NCBI GenBank assembly: GCA_026914245.1 | Contig: CP110440.1 | Location: forward strand, 1,116,001-1,180,000 | Length of the DNA stretch: 64,000 nt | Source of the DNA: Puccinia triticina | Taxonomy: Eukaryota | Direction of reading: 5' to 3' | Part shown: one piece after another, positions 1 through 13,614 of the stretch | Layout of the letters: each line of letters starts with the position of its first letter | Position numbering within the stretch: position 1 is the first letter of the stretch | Notes under the pieces: model-generated | What the model was told of the DNA's origin: nothing | The model's input: the letters and a program-made list of their open reading frames with translations, nothing else | The model's database searches: none | Position numbers and translations under genes: made by a program

Positions 1-1385
1 CAAGGAGGGCTGCGGGGTGGGTGTGTTGGCTGGCGGCTGGGGCGAAGAGTTCCGTTGGCACTTTGATGTCAAGGGTTGGACCTCGCAGCCAGGGCCCAAA
101 ATGTTCAGCTTGGCCCATACGGTCATCTGGGCAAGACAGCCACTCAACCAGTTTGTTATTGTGGGCTTTTGATGTCCATTCACCTGGAAATTTAGTCAAA
201 ACCTTCTCGAGAATCAGATCCGAGCCGGCTCGTCTCAGACCTGTCCAGCCACTGTCCAATCTCCAGATTGGGACATAGATTTTTCAAGGCCACTGATGGT
301 TCGCCACCGTTGCCTCCTTGGTACAGAGTTAGAAATTGGTGTGGTTAATGAAAATTGTGCTCCTTGTTGGTCGGTGGCGCAAGGAGGCATGGGAAAAAGT
401 CAATGAAACGATTCATCATAACTTTACAAGTTCAAGCGTATGAGCTCATCTTTTGTGAGCAAGGTGCCCGGTTGAGTCAAAGCGGGGCTCCAGGGCCTTC
501 ATGGGCAGCGAAGTGGAGATTGCGCAGCCTTGAGAGGCAAGCCTATTGGCAAGGCCTTAGATCCGGTTGTAAGGGAAACAACCAAATTTTTGCGCCAGGG
601 AGGAAGTAGAGAGGCTGGGGAGAACACAATGGAGACTTCCAATGCCTACATACCGGGCTCCCCAATCAGAAACCCTTGTTTCTGGTACAAGAAACCTTTT
701 ACCGTTTGGTCGACCGTCGAGAGGGTTAATTGTTGGAACTGCAGGTTTCAAGAGGAATTACATGACATAAGCTGCAAATAAATGAGACGCAAACACCTTA
801 ATGAGGGGGGAAGAACACATACTGAGACAGGTTCCAAGCTTCAAAGATGAAACTTGTACAAAAATGGTTGAGGCCTCCGAACCAAGCATGAGGAAAGAAT
901 GAGCAGCGGGGGAAAACATACATATAAGCTGCCCCCCTCTCAAGAATTCAATCCCACAGCTCGGATCCCCTGTTGCAATTGCACAGGTTGAACCAAGCTT
1001 GTCCTTGCCCCCTCCACCATTGCACTTGCATAGGTTTGAGGGTGAAAAAAATAACCTTTGAGTCCAATATTGCGCTGCCTCTGGCTGGACCTCCTTGCAT
1101 CAACCCCCTCCATCAATTTCATTTGAAGTTGACCCAAGGCAAGAAAGTTCCCCTGCTGCACTTGCGCAGGTTGAACAACACCAAAAAATCTGAATTAAAA
1201 AACCTTGAGGGCAAGCCCAGGTGTCAATTTTTGCCCCCCTCTGTCCCCTTGCATTTGCAACAGGCCCAAGGGGGTGAAGCCAGCCACTTTTCATCCATGT
1301 TTCATGAATTGGGAGGCCAGTCCAAGGCATACACTTCCAGTGGTGAATAGGGGTAAAATTGGCCGTAGAATTCATTTCTGAGGTC
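1..1385 (-). pseudogene. Possible degenerate coding remnant of unknown family, running off the window start
   Basis: Minus-strand frames give protein-like stretches (KIYVPIWRLDSGWTG...KLVEWLSCPDD; LSRLRNLHFAAHEG) broken by stops. No recognisable domain. Confidence 0.2.
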
Positions 1386-1390
1386 CATTT

Positions 1391-1952
1391 TAGAGATGGC
1401 CATTGGCACCCGCTGGCGCGTACCCGCCACTCTTTAGCAGGTAGCTATCTGCCCCTACAGGCAACCATGGCGGGTGCAAAGCTACATGCTTGACTTTTTT
1501 ACCAAAATTCAACGCCCCAAGCCTGCTTGCTGGCACTTACCAGGGCATAAAGGACCTGCTGAAGAGTGGCGGGTACCCGCCAGCGGGTGCCAATGGCCCT
1601 CTCTAGTCCATTTGGTGGTATATTGAGGCCTAGGGTGAGTAAATATATGTATGAGAAAAAACTTTTGATTTTCACTTTTCCATCTACCACACCGGTCAAG
1701 GAGGTGTACACACCTCTGGGCGGAGGGATCGCTCCGCTTGAGTTGGTATGTACACCTCCCACCTCTTCAAATGGAGAGATCCCTCCCATCCATCTGGCCC
1801 ACCAAGATGGGAGGGTACCTGTTTTTTTCCTGCCCAAAAACTGAACACTCGCACCCGCACCCGGCACCCGCCAGCAGGTGCTGAGCGGGTGTTCCGGGTA
1901 CCTGCTGGCGGGTGCCGGGTACCCGCAAACGGGTACCCAAGTGCCATCTCTA
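1391..1952. mobile_element. Non-autonomous hAT-like MITE
   Basis: Terminal inverted repeat TAGAGATGGC (1391) / GCCATCTCTA (1952), with many subterminal ACCCG/CGGGT motifs. The 8-bp flanks do not match, so no intact TSD. Confidence 0.7.
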
Positions 1953-1979
1953 CAGCTAATTAGCTATAGCAGTCAGCTA

Positions 1980-2086
1980 ATTGGCTGTAATTTAGCTGTA
2001 ATTTAGCTGTAATTTAGTGTTAGCGGAGCTTAGTGGAGTTTAGCGGAGTTTAGCGGAGTTTAGCGGAGTTTAGCGGAGTTTAGCGG
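1980..2086. repeat. Short tandem repeats: about 3 x TTTAGCTGTAA, then about 6.5 x TAGCGGAGTT
   Basis: Directly visible head-to-tail units with no spacers; probably subterminal repeats of a decayed DNA transposon. Confidence 0.8.
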
Positions 2087-2583
2087 TTTGATATTACAGC
2101 TAAAGCTATCAGACTGAAAGCTTGAAAACTATCAGCTACATTTAATTTTTAGCCAAGCTAATGTAATTTAGCGTACTATGTGTGGTGTTGTGTCAAACCA
2201 TGAATGTGCAGTTTATGAAATGTATGTGCTAGCTATGTAAATGAGAGCCCATGCTAAGGCTCAAAACAGCACTGCCACACTACAGCGCTTTCAGGTCAAA
2301 AAAAAGGCAAAAGGCCTGTAGCCTCCTGTAGCGCAGTGTAGATGGCACTTTCTTATGGCCTGTACACTTAGTGTTACAGCCATTCCAAAAATGCTTGACT
2401 GAAGGAAGTTTCCTGGAAATTACTATTGGAATTTCCCACTTGTGTGCATCCCACAAACAGGTTGGACAGATGGATATCCATCCCTGCAACCTCAGTTGCT
2501 TACAGGACCTCAATTTAAAGCCATTTGGTAGCAAAGAAAAATTAAGGCCACTGGAGGGAATAATTACCAGAACTAGGTCCAGC

Positions 2584-3095
2584 TAGGGCTGGACCCCATG
2601 GGGTCCCAAGAGCCTCTGTCCCTGCTGTGGTGATAACCGTTGGGAATACCCATGGAGAAAAACCAAGTTTTATGATCCCATGCAAATACCCATGGATAAC
2701 GGGTTGGGCACATGGGTAAGTATGGTTATTTTTCGCGGAGGGTACCCACCAAAATTCCCACTTGTTGTGAGGTATACCCATGGGGACCTGGTCTCTATGA
2801 AAAAAATGCCCAGTAAGACCAAGTGATTTACTTCATATGGGATTGTATTTTTTTTAATTTGCACTCTTTCAGATGTGTCTTCATCCATGAAATATCCAAG
2901 GAAGCCATCTCAGGCTATTTCTATTTGAAAAAATACCTGTTGGTCCCCACAAGATTGCCTGATTGTCCCAAATTTTATACCCAAGAATACCCAACAGGCC
3001 GTATTTTTAGAATAAAAATCTTCCAGCACTGGGCCCATTGGGTTGGGTAGCCTTGTACACATACCCATTAGCCATGTCCCTGTGGTCCAGACCTA
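2584..3095. mobile_element. Non-autonomous hAT MITE with 8-bp TSD
   Basis: TIR TAGGGCTGGACC / GGTCCAGACCTA (1 mismatch). Perfect 8-bp TSD GGTCCAGC at 2576-2583 and 3096-3103. Internal (T)ACCCA/TGGG motifs. Confidence 0.85.
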
Positions 3096-4027
3096 GGTCC
3101 AGCACATTTACACCCAGGTGTGTTCATCTGCAAGGACTCTGGGGTGAAAATTGGTCAAGTATTTCAATCCTGAAACCAAAATAAAGAAATAAATCAGGAA
3201 TTCCCTGATCAAGATCACCTGATTGAAATATAGGCACCGCATACATAAATGATGCAGTCATGAGTATCCAAATGTCTGAACTTGGCACTGTATTTCAAAT
3301 AAGGTTGGAAAATCCCATGGGACTTTCCCACAGAGAATGCTTCTAGGGAATCCAACACTAAATTGTGCAACTGCCATCAGTTGACATGTGCAAACTCAAA
3401 GGCAGAAAGTGGTGTTTAGCTGAACCTTTGTCATGAGTTACTTCAAAAAAGCTTCAATTCACAGTCACTGTGTGTGATGCACAAAGAAACATTGTAATTT
3501 GTATTTACTTTGTTGGAGTTTGAATGGCCATTATTTGGGAGCATCTTGCATGTCAACTGACAGCAGCTTTGCCTGACTTTTTCCCGTACTTCAAGCTTCT
3601 CCAGAAAGGCTGTAGCACAAAGCTGATAGAGTTGTACTACACTAGTACTACACCAAATTGTAGTAGAATTCTGCTGCACTACGCTAGTGTTGTTATTGGC
3701 ATTGGAACAGGCACAGTACACCTGGGAAAAATGATTTTTTGGGACCATATTCAAATATTGTTCACTTGCATTTTCCAAACCAATGGGTTTTTGCTTAGTG
3801 AGGAGAAGATACTAGTCAGAAAGTTGTATATTGTGTATTCTAGACTGCTAGTTATACTTTAGCAATGTTTACTTTTGAAGTTGGGCCATCTTGACAAAAA
3901 TCCATTTTTCTTCTTGGTACGACAGAGGGGACGAATCACATATTTACAATATTCCGAGCAATGTTCAATGTTGAAAAAGGAGCAAGAAAGCTATATACAT
4001 AGTTTGAGTTGTGGTACCTTGAATTGA

Positions 4028-5424
4028 TCAAGGTAAAGGTAATTCAACTACTAACAACTCGGGCTTGTGTTTACTGGCATAATTTACCACAGTTGGCGCC
4101 TTGTCCTTAGCTGAATTCTTCACACCATCAGCGTTTGAGATAACGCAAGAGGTCCCGCAATAGACTGCTTCTGCTCATTTGGTAGTTTAATCAATTCAGT
4201 TTGGAAAATACATTTTATTAAGGAAAAGTCGGTCAGTTCAAGAGCATTTGGCGGTATCCGGATGGGAAAAGAATGACGAATTATATGCTTTGCCTACCAC
4301 TTTCAATCCCAACACGGTTGCAAATTACGCAGGAGCGGTTTTCCAATTCCCAGAAGGGAGTGCAACGCATCTCCCAATGCTTCAACTGTTCGGTCGTCTC
4401 GGCTGAACTCTTACCGATTTCGGTCCAGTTCGGGTCCGGTTGGGGACCCAGGTCGAGCCAAGCCATACAGCATAATAATAACTCTGCGTTGTTCTTGGTC
4501 GCAAATGAACTTAACTCGTATGCTTCGAATGGGGCTTCGAATCTGTCGGGACTCAACTATTGGCTCCCAAGAAAAAGAAGAAGCAGAAACATTAGTTCTC
4601 TCATGACTCAAATCTTGTGCGTTATTTTAGAGCGTTCCTTGAAGAGAAGCGCAAAAAAGTACTCAACATCCATGCAGATTCCAATGCAACAATTAACTGG
4701 CTTGCCTCGCTGGCCATCGACTCGCGCAATGTTCAAATCCATCATCGAAAAGCCTGCACCTGGTCTAGCCCAGAGTGGATCGACGGGAGGATAAAGTTGA
4801 GTCTTGTGGTAAACCTTGATCAACTCGCCTTCATTGGAAACAATCCCCATAGCATTATAAATCTGTTTCACGTCCGGTTCTTGGATTTTTTGTGGAAAGC
4901 CGATCATCACATGGCAGTTTAACTGTTTGGCTGATGAGGTGCAGGAAATTGAGTTGTGTCATGGTTGGTTTTCAGCTTCGTTGTGATGACCCAGAAAATC
5001 ATTTCGAGTAAATTGTGCAGCTAATCCAAAAGGAGAACAGAAACTTACCGGTCTTTTTCGCCCAAGTTATGGTAATACCATCAACCTCAGACTCGATGTA
5101 GGGCTCAATGTCATCAAAGGATCGAAAATTATAACCTATTGATTAATGAAACACATTGATCAGAATCATTCGGGCTATAATACCAAGTATATTCAGTCGC
5201 ATGCCTCACCCGTGAAGGCCATCTCAGGAAGAATAAGCAAATCGATATCATTGGGCTTGATCCTACAATCGAATTAGATCTTTTAATGATGACTTTTGCC
5301 TCAGAAGAGAAGAAACAACAATCACACACGAAGAGATAAAGCTGTCGGCTCGGTGGATGGATTGTTCCGGTTGCTTGAAGACAGGCTCAAGCTGAAGAAG
5401 TGCTATCTTCGTTGTGCGGACCAT
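4028..5424 (-). CDS. NTA1: Protein N-terminal Asn/Gln amidase (nitrilase/CN-hydrolase superfamily), multi-exon
   Basis: N-terminus MVRTTKIALLQLEP. E-K-C triad motifs LILPEMAFTG, YHKTQLY and GICMD, followed by SPDRFEAPFEAYEL and CNRVGIE. Last exon YCGTSCV...VVELPLP* ends at 4028. GT-AG introns. Confidence 0.85.
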
Positions 5425-6914
5425 TATGTTCGCAAAGATGAGTAAGTCTGATCGGCTTGCAGAAGTTATGGAAAAGGCCAAATCAAGAAATGATAATCAG
5501 GTTGGGGGCTGGTATTTGAATGGACCGGTAGGTGTTTATTTGGGATGGTGCGTTGATTGATAATGAGTATGGGCGAACGCAAGATATTTATGTGCACATC
5601 CACAAGTCACCTCGCGGCCTCGCCCGGTCTTGAGAGGGAAACTGGGAGTTGCGAAGCTAGTCGGACTAAGTCGGGCCACCCAGGGCCACCCTACCACCTG
5701 GTAGATCCACACGTGGAAGAATATGAGAGTATATCCAAGTTTGTTCGATCGGCGCCCATCGGCGCGCCTCAAGATTCAAACCAGAGGCAAGCCAATCACG
5801 AGCATGGTGGAGTCTGGGGTGCTGCACCGCGTTTGGGAGATCAATTGATATACCAATTGCGCGTGTTTCGGCGCCACATAAAGCTCGGCATCATTTAAGG
5901 TATGTATCTCGACCGGCTTGTCGGCCAAGTTCTACATTGTTACAGGCTCTTGGGAACCACCAAAAAACTAGGATAAAACCAACTATAGCAGTCGTGAATG
6001 AGTCATTTTAGCCTACTCCAGAGCTATAATGACAGGGCCCTTGACTCTGGTCGCGTTTTCCGACCGGCACTTGATCTATGCAATCAAATTCGAAATATTG
6101 TACCACCGCGCGACGTGGGCCGGATCACAGCAACCACACATGGTTTGGGCTGTACGCTTGAACGTGATGGGAGAGGATGGGAGCTTGTTAACTTTGCATA
6201 GTGTCGTTTTCAATTTATATTGCCTTCTCAACCAAAGATATCAACTTTCCAGGATGAGGTGTGTTGTCTTCCTGCACAATAGATCAAGGAAACATGTTTC
6301 AATCTCCACCAGTTTTTCGCCTCAGGTGTTCATTTTACATCTTGAGTTCAACTTCGTCATTAAATTCAGTCAAGGGCGGCTGTATGTTTTGAAATACCAT
6401 TTGTTTAGGCTGTATGGGTGACGGGTTTGTTTGGACGTGTTTATATACTTATGGGTATAATGGGTTCGCAAAATGATTCATCTGGTCTCTGTTTGTCTGG
6501 CAACCGATGCCAATGTATTTTGTTCAAAGACAAGCTGAAAATAAGAGAGGAGCAACCGTTGATAATGATCTCTCTCCGGTAATTCTGATGGATGAAGGGG
6601 AAGATGCTGGTCATAACTAAGTTGGTTGAACATGAAATTGGTATGGAAGGGAAAACGACACGCTAATTGTTTTTCCCCAATACACGGATTCAAGCATGAG
6701 AAAAATGACCCAAAGGCAAATGGTTTCAAGTGCGTGCGTCTGACAAACGCATGACAACATTCTACGAATGTCTCTGAAGGAAGGACTGCAAGGTGCTTTA
6801 TCAGCCAGGAATCTGCATGGTGAGAGAATCAAGAGAGGTGGAAGGGACGGGGGGCGGAGAAAGAAACCCAACGCTTTGAAATGAAATCCCGAGGAGAGGA
6901 AAAAAAAACTGAAA

Positions 6915-8778
6915 TTATTTCTTCGGCTTTTTACGCGGCTGTAGAACATTGACTTGGGTCCTTTTTTGCTGATTGGAAGAAGGGCCCGATGACTTGGGAC
7001 CATTTGAACCACTCTCGGTAGGATTGACGTGGTTCATGAGAGAATTATCAACAAGGATAACCGAATAACAATCTTCAAAGTGGGAGGAGGAGGATTGGGG
7101 CCTTTCTTCTACCGGCTTGTCGTGCTTATCAGCGTTAGGTTCGCAGCCACCATTGACCTTGTCTTGTTTGAGGTTGGTTCCTTTTTCTTCAAGTTTCCTC
7201 TTCTTTTTTAGATTGTCTTCTAAAACTGCCGAATTTATACTCGATTTTACATCGTCTATCCAACCCGTATATGCAGTCGTCAAATTTTCTAGCGTCCCAT
7301 AATCTTTGTTGTGAATCTGTTTTGAACGAGAAATACAAAAAAACCATCAGTGATTATTCTCTCGTCTCTGAAACTTCGTAAGCTGAGATAGCAATCAAAA
7401 TATTTACTTTGGACCATAGTGAAACCCAGACGTTGCGAGGAACTCCAACGATTTTCTTTTGGGCTTCGTCAGAATCAGTCAATTTAACAGGTTTTATACC
7501 ATTATCCAAGTTGGATGAAACACTCTGGCTATCTGCTTGATGAGAGGCAATGTCTGCTGATGCGTTCTTAGTTGGTTGGGTGTGGACGGATGAAGGAGGG
7601 CCCGAGGTAGGAATTGGATTTGATCGAGTTAGAGCAACGACGAAAAACGCACTAACACGACCGTCGCAACATTCTTGACGACCACCCATCCGATCCCAAA
7701 ATTCATCAGGCGAGACTTGATTGATTTTCGTACGTTCGCGATTCCGATCACTTTCCAAAGCAGCCGAAGACCGTTCAACAATCGCATCGTCCCAGTCACC
7801 TGGCTCGCCCGAAGGAGTCGTTGAACAATCTCCAATCGAGTGCAGGAATCTCGCTTTCGGATCATCGTTGAATGCCGGGATTAAGTCTGATAATAAGTAG
7901 CCTCGCGGTCGGTCGGCACCAGGATGGATGTTTGAGGTCTGCGAATGATGATTGGTTGGCGCAAAAGGCGAGGCGATTTTATGATACGGATGTCCATAAT
8001 TCCATAATGCTTTACATTCAGATGAAAGTGGCAAGACTTCAAGGGACTCTTCATGATCAAATCCAGGTAGGATGTAAAAACATTCCAAGGGGTTCTTAGA
8101 GGTGGTAAGTTGATGATATCCAATCGTAAGTTGAGATAAGATTTTATGCCACCATTTGACTAATTGCTGATCATCCAGTATTCGTTTCCCTGCCGGCCGT
8201 TTGTAGGGAAGAGCCGTGACAGAGTCTTGGGTGGAGTCGTTTTTTGAAGCAAATTTAGCACCGTCCCCATTTCCATTTGGGCCGTTTTCGGCACTTGCCG
8301 GAAACAAATATTGGCCTTCTCTAGCAGCGCGAGCGAAGATGTGAATCCTAAGACTATGGATCGATTTTGGCATATGTTGAAGGAAATGAGTCAGAAAGGC
8401 GATCGTAAGTTGGCCAGCAGGCGCAGGTAGAGGAGCAAGTCCGGTTGTGTCGATCTTCGAAATGTAGAGAAGTTGGACGGAAGTAGTTGGGATTGTGTAG
8501 AGAGACGCCTCAAGTGCGAAGACAGGGACGATGACTTGCGGTGGGGGGGATGTTGGGCTAGGCGTGCGGTAATCTTCGAATTTTTCGGCCAGCATGATCA
8601 GATAGTCTGTCCTCGTGATCGAGATCCTTGGGTCGAGCGCATGTGGAAAAAGAGTATACGTCCGAAAGGGTTTGGTACACAGCGTCATAAGTTCGAACGT
8701 GCGTGGGCTGGCCTTCTCCGTCGGTACCGATTGAAGGGCCCGGTACAGCGATTGGTGAAGGGAAGGGCGTGAGGCCAT
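6915..8778 (-). CDS. RTT109: Histone H3K56 acetyltransferase Rtt109/KAT11, two exons
   Basis: Family motifs LLYISKIDTTG, HIFARA...QYLFPASAEN, KRILDDQQLVKWW, IPAFNDDPKARFL and EFWDRMGGRQEC. Final exon ends VNVLQPRKKPKK*. First ATG (MASRPSL) at 8778. Confidence 0.9.
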
Positions 8779-9559
8779 TGGACGAGCAGTCGACAGTTTT
8801 CGGACACAGCTGAACTCCAGACGCAAGCGCAACCTTCTAAAATCTCGGCTATCTGAATGCGACGAGTGTCTCTCTGAGTTTATCGAATCAAAGACAATGA
8901 GTCCCGAGAAGCTTCAATAACGCGCATTGGACAGCTTACAAGAATCCTAGAATTACCACCGCACTATCCTTAAGAGCGAAAACCGATGGTCAGTTATAGA
9001 CTGTGACAGGTCAAATCAAAAGGATGGTACATTTTATGAGACTTACACTGCACGCCGGGACAACGAATCTAAACTGTGCTTTATTTCCTTGTTTCTTTGA
9101 CGGAAATTGTTTACCTTTGATTGATGAGTCCTGATAGCGATGTGGTGAAACATCACCTACCGTGGGAGGTGGCACAGTCGCCCAGTATCCAATTTGCTCG
9201 CGGCGCGTGCGCATCTTTCAACCGCGTCATGTTGTCTAACCCTCTTTTAAAAAACCATGGCTTGCTTTGGATGGCAAAGTGCAGGTCTTATCCCAGCAGC
9301 CTTATCCACAAAGCTTGCAGCTTCCTCCGTTTTTTTGCATCTTTGTTGCCTCCTCCCCCCCTCCGGAAAGTCTTTTTTACCCACCGAACACCCATGGACT
9401 ACTTCCCTCGTGTAGCTTGCGGAATGTTATGATTGTGAAGGGTCGCATGCAACATTTTCTAAATCTTGCTTTTTGCAAGCCCCTGTGACAAACTGCGGAT
9501 TGGTGGTCCTGAACATTATCGCATCAGCTTCTCATGGTGCGTCGGTCGGCTAACTTAAC

Positions 9560-9779
9560 CACCTGACTGGTCCCTATAAACCTTCCCCGAAGCATACATC
9601 GCGCGCGAGCGAGAAGCCTCCTTGAAGGGTGAAATGCGGGTATTTCTACAGCATGCCGAACATGCGAGAGATGGCCGACATATCTCCGCTTCCGGTCCTC
9701 AAGTTCGCAACTCACCCACTCACCCTTTCATTTATAAGACCCTTACAAAAAGACTTACACAAAAATAAAGGGTCATACA
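9560..9779 (+). repeat. Left TIR of the KDZ element
   Basis: Reverse complement of 19101-19320. Confidence 0.92.
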
Positions 9780-10152
9780 ACCCACTGAATTATTTCTCAC
9801 TAACCACACATCCACTCATCGTTTCGGTCCTGTTGAAACAAGCTCTCAACAACTTTGCTTCGGTCCTTTCGAAACAACCCAATGCCACTCGTTGAGTAAG
9901 TTTCTGCATATTGGTGCCCGATTTCTCCATCAGGACTTTTTTCCAGTTTTTTTTTTCTTGTTCAGGTTCGTTTGGCCTCACGTGTATGATTTGATGTTAT
10001 AGATTTAATTCTTATGTATAGCTTAATCTAACATGTGAAATGTAATAAATCAGATAATACATGTGAACATCTTTGAGAAGATACAGCTGATTGCAAGATG
10101 GGAAGAAAGTGAGAGGTTGTTCAACAAGAAAACACAATGATTATGCCTTTTA

Positions 10153-13100
10153 CTATGCAGCTTCATCTGGCCCATTGTCCGCGTTCTCGACATTTTCTTG
10201 ACCTGACCCATTTTCCCCGTTGTCAACATCTTCGCGACGTTCTTCGATTTCATTTTCTTCACCCTCTTCGATTTCATTTTCTCGATCCTCAGCTCCCTCT
10301 GGTTCGACTTCGTTCTCCTGAAAAGTCAAGTTTTCCAAGGCATCGTCAATGCCCCCAAGATTTTCTCTTGTAAGTCGATCCTTAATGGAACCAATCGACT
10401 CAAACCAAGTGTGATTGGCCTTTGTGTGCCGGGTGCGAGTCTTAATCCAGAGTGTTTCAACGTCCGGCATCCAGGAGACCATTAGCTTCTCGTGTTTGTG
10501 CAAATGCGACTTGAGTTCTGCATGAAGCACGCGCAATTTTGCCTTCATTGGAAAAGTCGGCAGTATTGCGGCAAAGCGATTGTTCAAATCAAGTGGTTCT
10601 TCGTACTCGGATTCAATCGAGGCAAGAGTTGACATTACCAAGTTCCAATAATCGGTAGCCCAGCTAATCATTCGGTCGAGTTCTTGAGTGAGCAGGGCAA
10701 TTTCTTCTTCTACTCGATCAAGGAACAAGACTGACTTGATCCCCTTTCTGACAAGAGGATCAAGAGCCCATGGGGCTCGAGCATGGTAAAAGTGGCCGTC
10801 AGTCCAGAGGGGGTCGTCCAAGTCCATGGCGAGAAACTCTGAGAACGAAAGGTCCTGATTCTCGGGAAGTAACAGGTCCGGCGGACGAAACGCAGTGAGA
10901 TATTGCCTTCGACGCTGGTTGAAGTTCTTGATTGCCTTTTCCACAGGACCTTTGCGACGTTTGATAGCCGCTAGAATCTTTTCCTTCAAACGAGTACCCG
11001 CAATGTTTCCAGGCTGGGCCGTCAGGAGAGGCTGCCTCTCAGCTCGAACTTCGATTGCCTGAGCATAAAGCTCCGATTTAGCCTTCCACAATAAAGTCAA
11101 CATTCCTATTTCGCTCGTTCGATCTGCACAAAGCTTGTTGTAATCCTTGCCGAGTGAGAGAGCTAGTTTGCGCTGGGCTTCCTCTCGCTTCGCTATACCA
11201 TCCAGGACTTCGTCAAGTTCGGCTAAAGTGGCTGGCAATTCACCATGTAGAAGGCGATGCCTGTAAAAATGTCAAGAATGTCAGACAATCTAAATTGGAA
11301 CCAATATAATCTGATTCACTTACTTTAACGAGCTTATAACCTCTTCATTCTCAAAAAACTCGGCCAAAAGCTTTTTTGAAGCTTCTTCGATGTCTTCCTG
11401 CTCGAGCCCCACACGCACCTGATCTTCCCACTGCAAACGGAAAAATAAAATGGTGTAACATCCATTGCCGATCGGATTTTGCATCTGAAGTAATTCAGTC
11501 AACACTTCCTTCTCGGTATCGCGGCGGGCAAGTGCCTGATTGAACTTGCGCAAAAGCCACGCAGCTTATGTTCCAAGAATCAGTCAAATATTCAACAAGT
11601 TAGTTGGAAAGAAACTTGAAAGACTCACCTAGTTCGGCAATACTCTGCTGATTGCGGTATTTGCACTTATGGTCAAGTGTTCCCAGTCGATTGTTCCTTG
11701 ACGCGTACCTCAGGGGACCAACCTGTGGTGAAAGAGACGACCAAAGCCGCTCATTTGACTCGCCATCTGATAATCCCCACCCCTTTTGATATCGGGGGTT
11801 GTATTTGAGCTGGCACGGCCATTCGTGAACGTAAGCGTGGAAAACAGAGGTTCCAAATGAAAGTCGTTTGCGCAATTCTGGGAAGATGTGAAGCTATCCC
11901 TCAGAAGGAGAAGAAAGTATGAGAATAGAATTGAGATGGGAAAAAAATCTAAATAAATAAAAAAGAATTACTTACCAAGTTCATGTACTTATCTAATGAA
12001 CACCCAAGATCATATAATACACCTACGGGTCTCTCGGGACCGATGTTGTCCAACAACCGTTTGATTATAGCCAATGGAAGAGCACGATTCTCGCCGGTCC
12101 CATGGATGTTTGCTAGATACACCACCGAGTCGTGACGACAGCAAGAGCCCATGAGTCCGGTGTCGTCACAAGATTTCCAGGTGGTTTCATTTCGGTTATC
12201 GTTCCCCGCTTTGTGGCTATCTGCACATTTGTCGGACTAAGTCACAAAAATGATCAGGCTAGAAAATCAAAAGTTAAAATAAAAAATATCTAGACCTACT
12301 TTTTTGCGCACTTTGTGTACCCTTTCTTGGGTGGCGATGTAAGTTTTGACACCTTCCAGATCGCTTGGCTGAACAAACATGTCGGGGGTAATCAGGGGAA
12401 CTGCATTTCTTGCAGCCAGTTTTTGATGTCGATGTTGAAAGTTACCGTCGACCGAAATAATCAACTTGTTGTTTACGGATTCAATTCAATCAATGCCTGT
12501 ATTTGAGCTGGGTCCAAAGCAAGCCGGACATGTCCCCGAGGCCAATTTCTGAGTATTCGTGAGATTCAAAGTTTTTTGTATAACGTCGACGTTCATATCG
12601 AGTAGTTTCCGGTAAACCAAGATTGAAGAGGATAGGCATTGCGTGAGATCTCTCCCCTGTGTTATAATAATCAGCTCTTATGTTTTTACACCGTCAAGAC
12701 ATCTAATTTACTCACTGCTGTATTATTTTTATTCCAGAGCACTTGGGATCGCTCTTCGCTGAAGATCCTTTGAGTTTCAGTGAAAGGCTGCATGCGGACG
12801 TTCGAGTGCTGCCAAGAATAGTAGTGGTAGGTCAGGAAGCGCATTGAGAACCCTGTCGTTGGATTTACTGGAGAGCTGGCGAGAAATCCAGTTGCAAGTA
12901 GCTGCACTGAACGCGGCATGCAGGGGCAAAAAGCATACTTCATCCGTTGCTGTCCTGAAAGAATTGAAGAGACAAGACATTGAAAAAGAGTTTATTTACT
13001 TGAGCTTCAATAAAATTATTAGCAAACAGAATTGATATGAACTACTGACCTGTATTATCGACAAGATCAACAAACTGGTTGAATCGCGGAGTGTCATCGT

Positions 13101-13614
13101 TGCACTTGCAGAATTTGGAGGTAAACGAATCAAAAGAGCAAGTCGCCGTCCAGTTCCGGGTTTTTTCTTTGAGCCACAGGTATGATGAGAACAACTTTGA
13201 CATGCATTGATCCCAGTGATTGACTCGAGAATGATGAAAATTGTTTCGGTCGTGTTCGCGGATCGCAGCAGTGATTGTAGGATCAAGACGGAGGCCTCCA
13301 AATGGTTTGGGGACGGTGCTGGGAGCGATCACATCCCACGGTATTGAATCCCAAACGGAATTGAGGTCAGGAGAAGCCATGAAATCCCCAGAAGGCCCTT
13401 CGAGCTGAGAATCATCCTGCTCGACATCGCCGTACGGCCTGAAATTGGCGAGATTTGTCGATTTTGGCAAGATGGCTGGTGGTCGAAAATTCCCGGTTTT
13501 CAACGATTCAATTGTTTGGCGGGATAGAAGGTCGCGATCCTTGTGTCGAAGCCTTTTCTTCCTCTCCCGAACCGTTTCGTGTTTGAAGGGATTTAACTTG
13601 GCGATCCGCACCAT
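10153..13614 (-). CDS. KDZ transposase with N-terminal CxC1 cysteine cluster, multi-exon, no obvious lesion seen
   Basis: CxC1 (FCKC...FCPC), then TCPACFG, ISVDGNFQHRH, DTGLMGSCCRHD, YDLGCSL and FHAYVHEWPCQLKYNPRYQKGWGLSDGESNERLWS, plus a helical C-terminal region. GT-AG introns. Confidence 0.9.

Noticed and set aside
1980..2090. Regular short repeats resembling a CRISPR or telomeric array
   Set aside because: Head-to-tail 10-11-mers without unique spacers, eukaryotic context, and not TTAGGG.
5557..6421. Short plus-strand ORFs between NTA1 and RTT109
   Set aside because: No recognisable domain or coherent splice model; a small gene cannot be excluded.
9524..9895. ORFs MKCGYFYSMP and MSCELED, seen again at 18907-19446
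   Set aside because: They are translations of the two KDZ TIRs, not duplicated genes.
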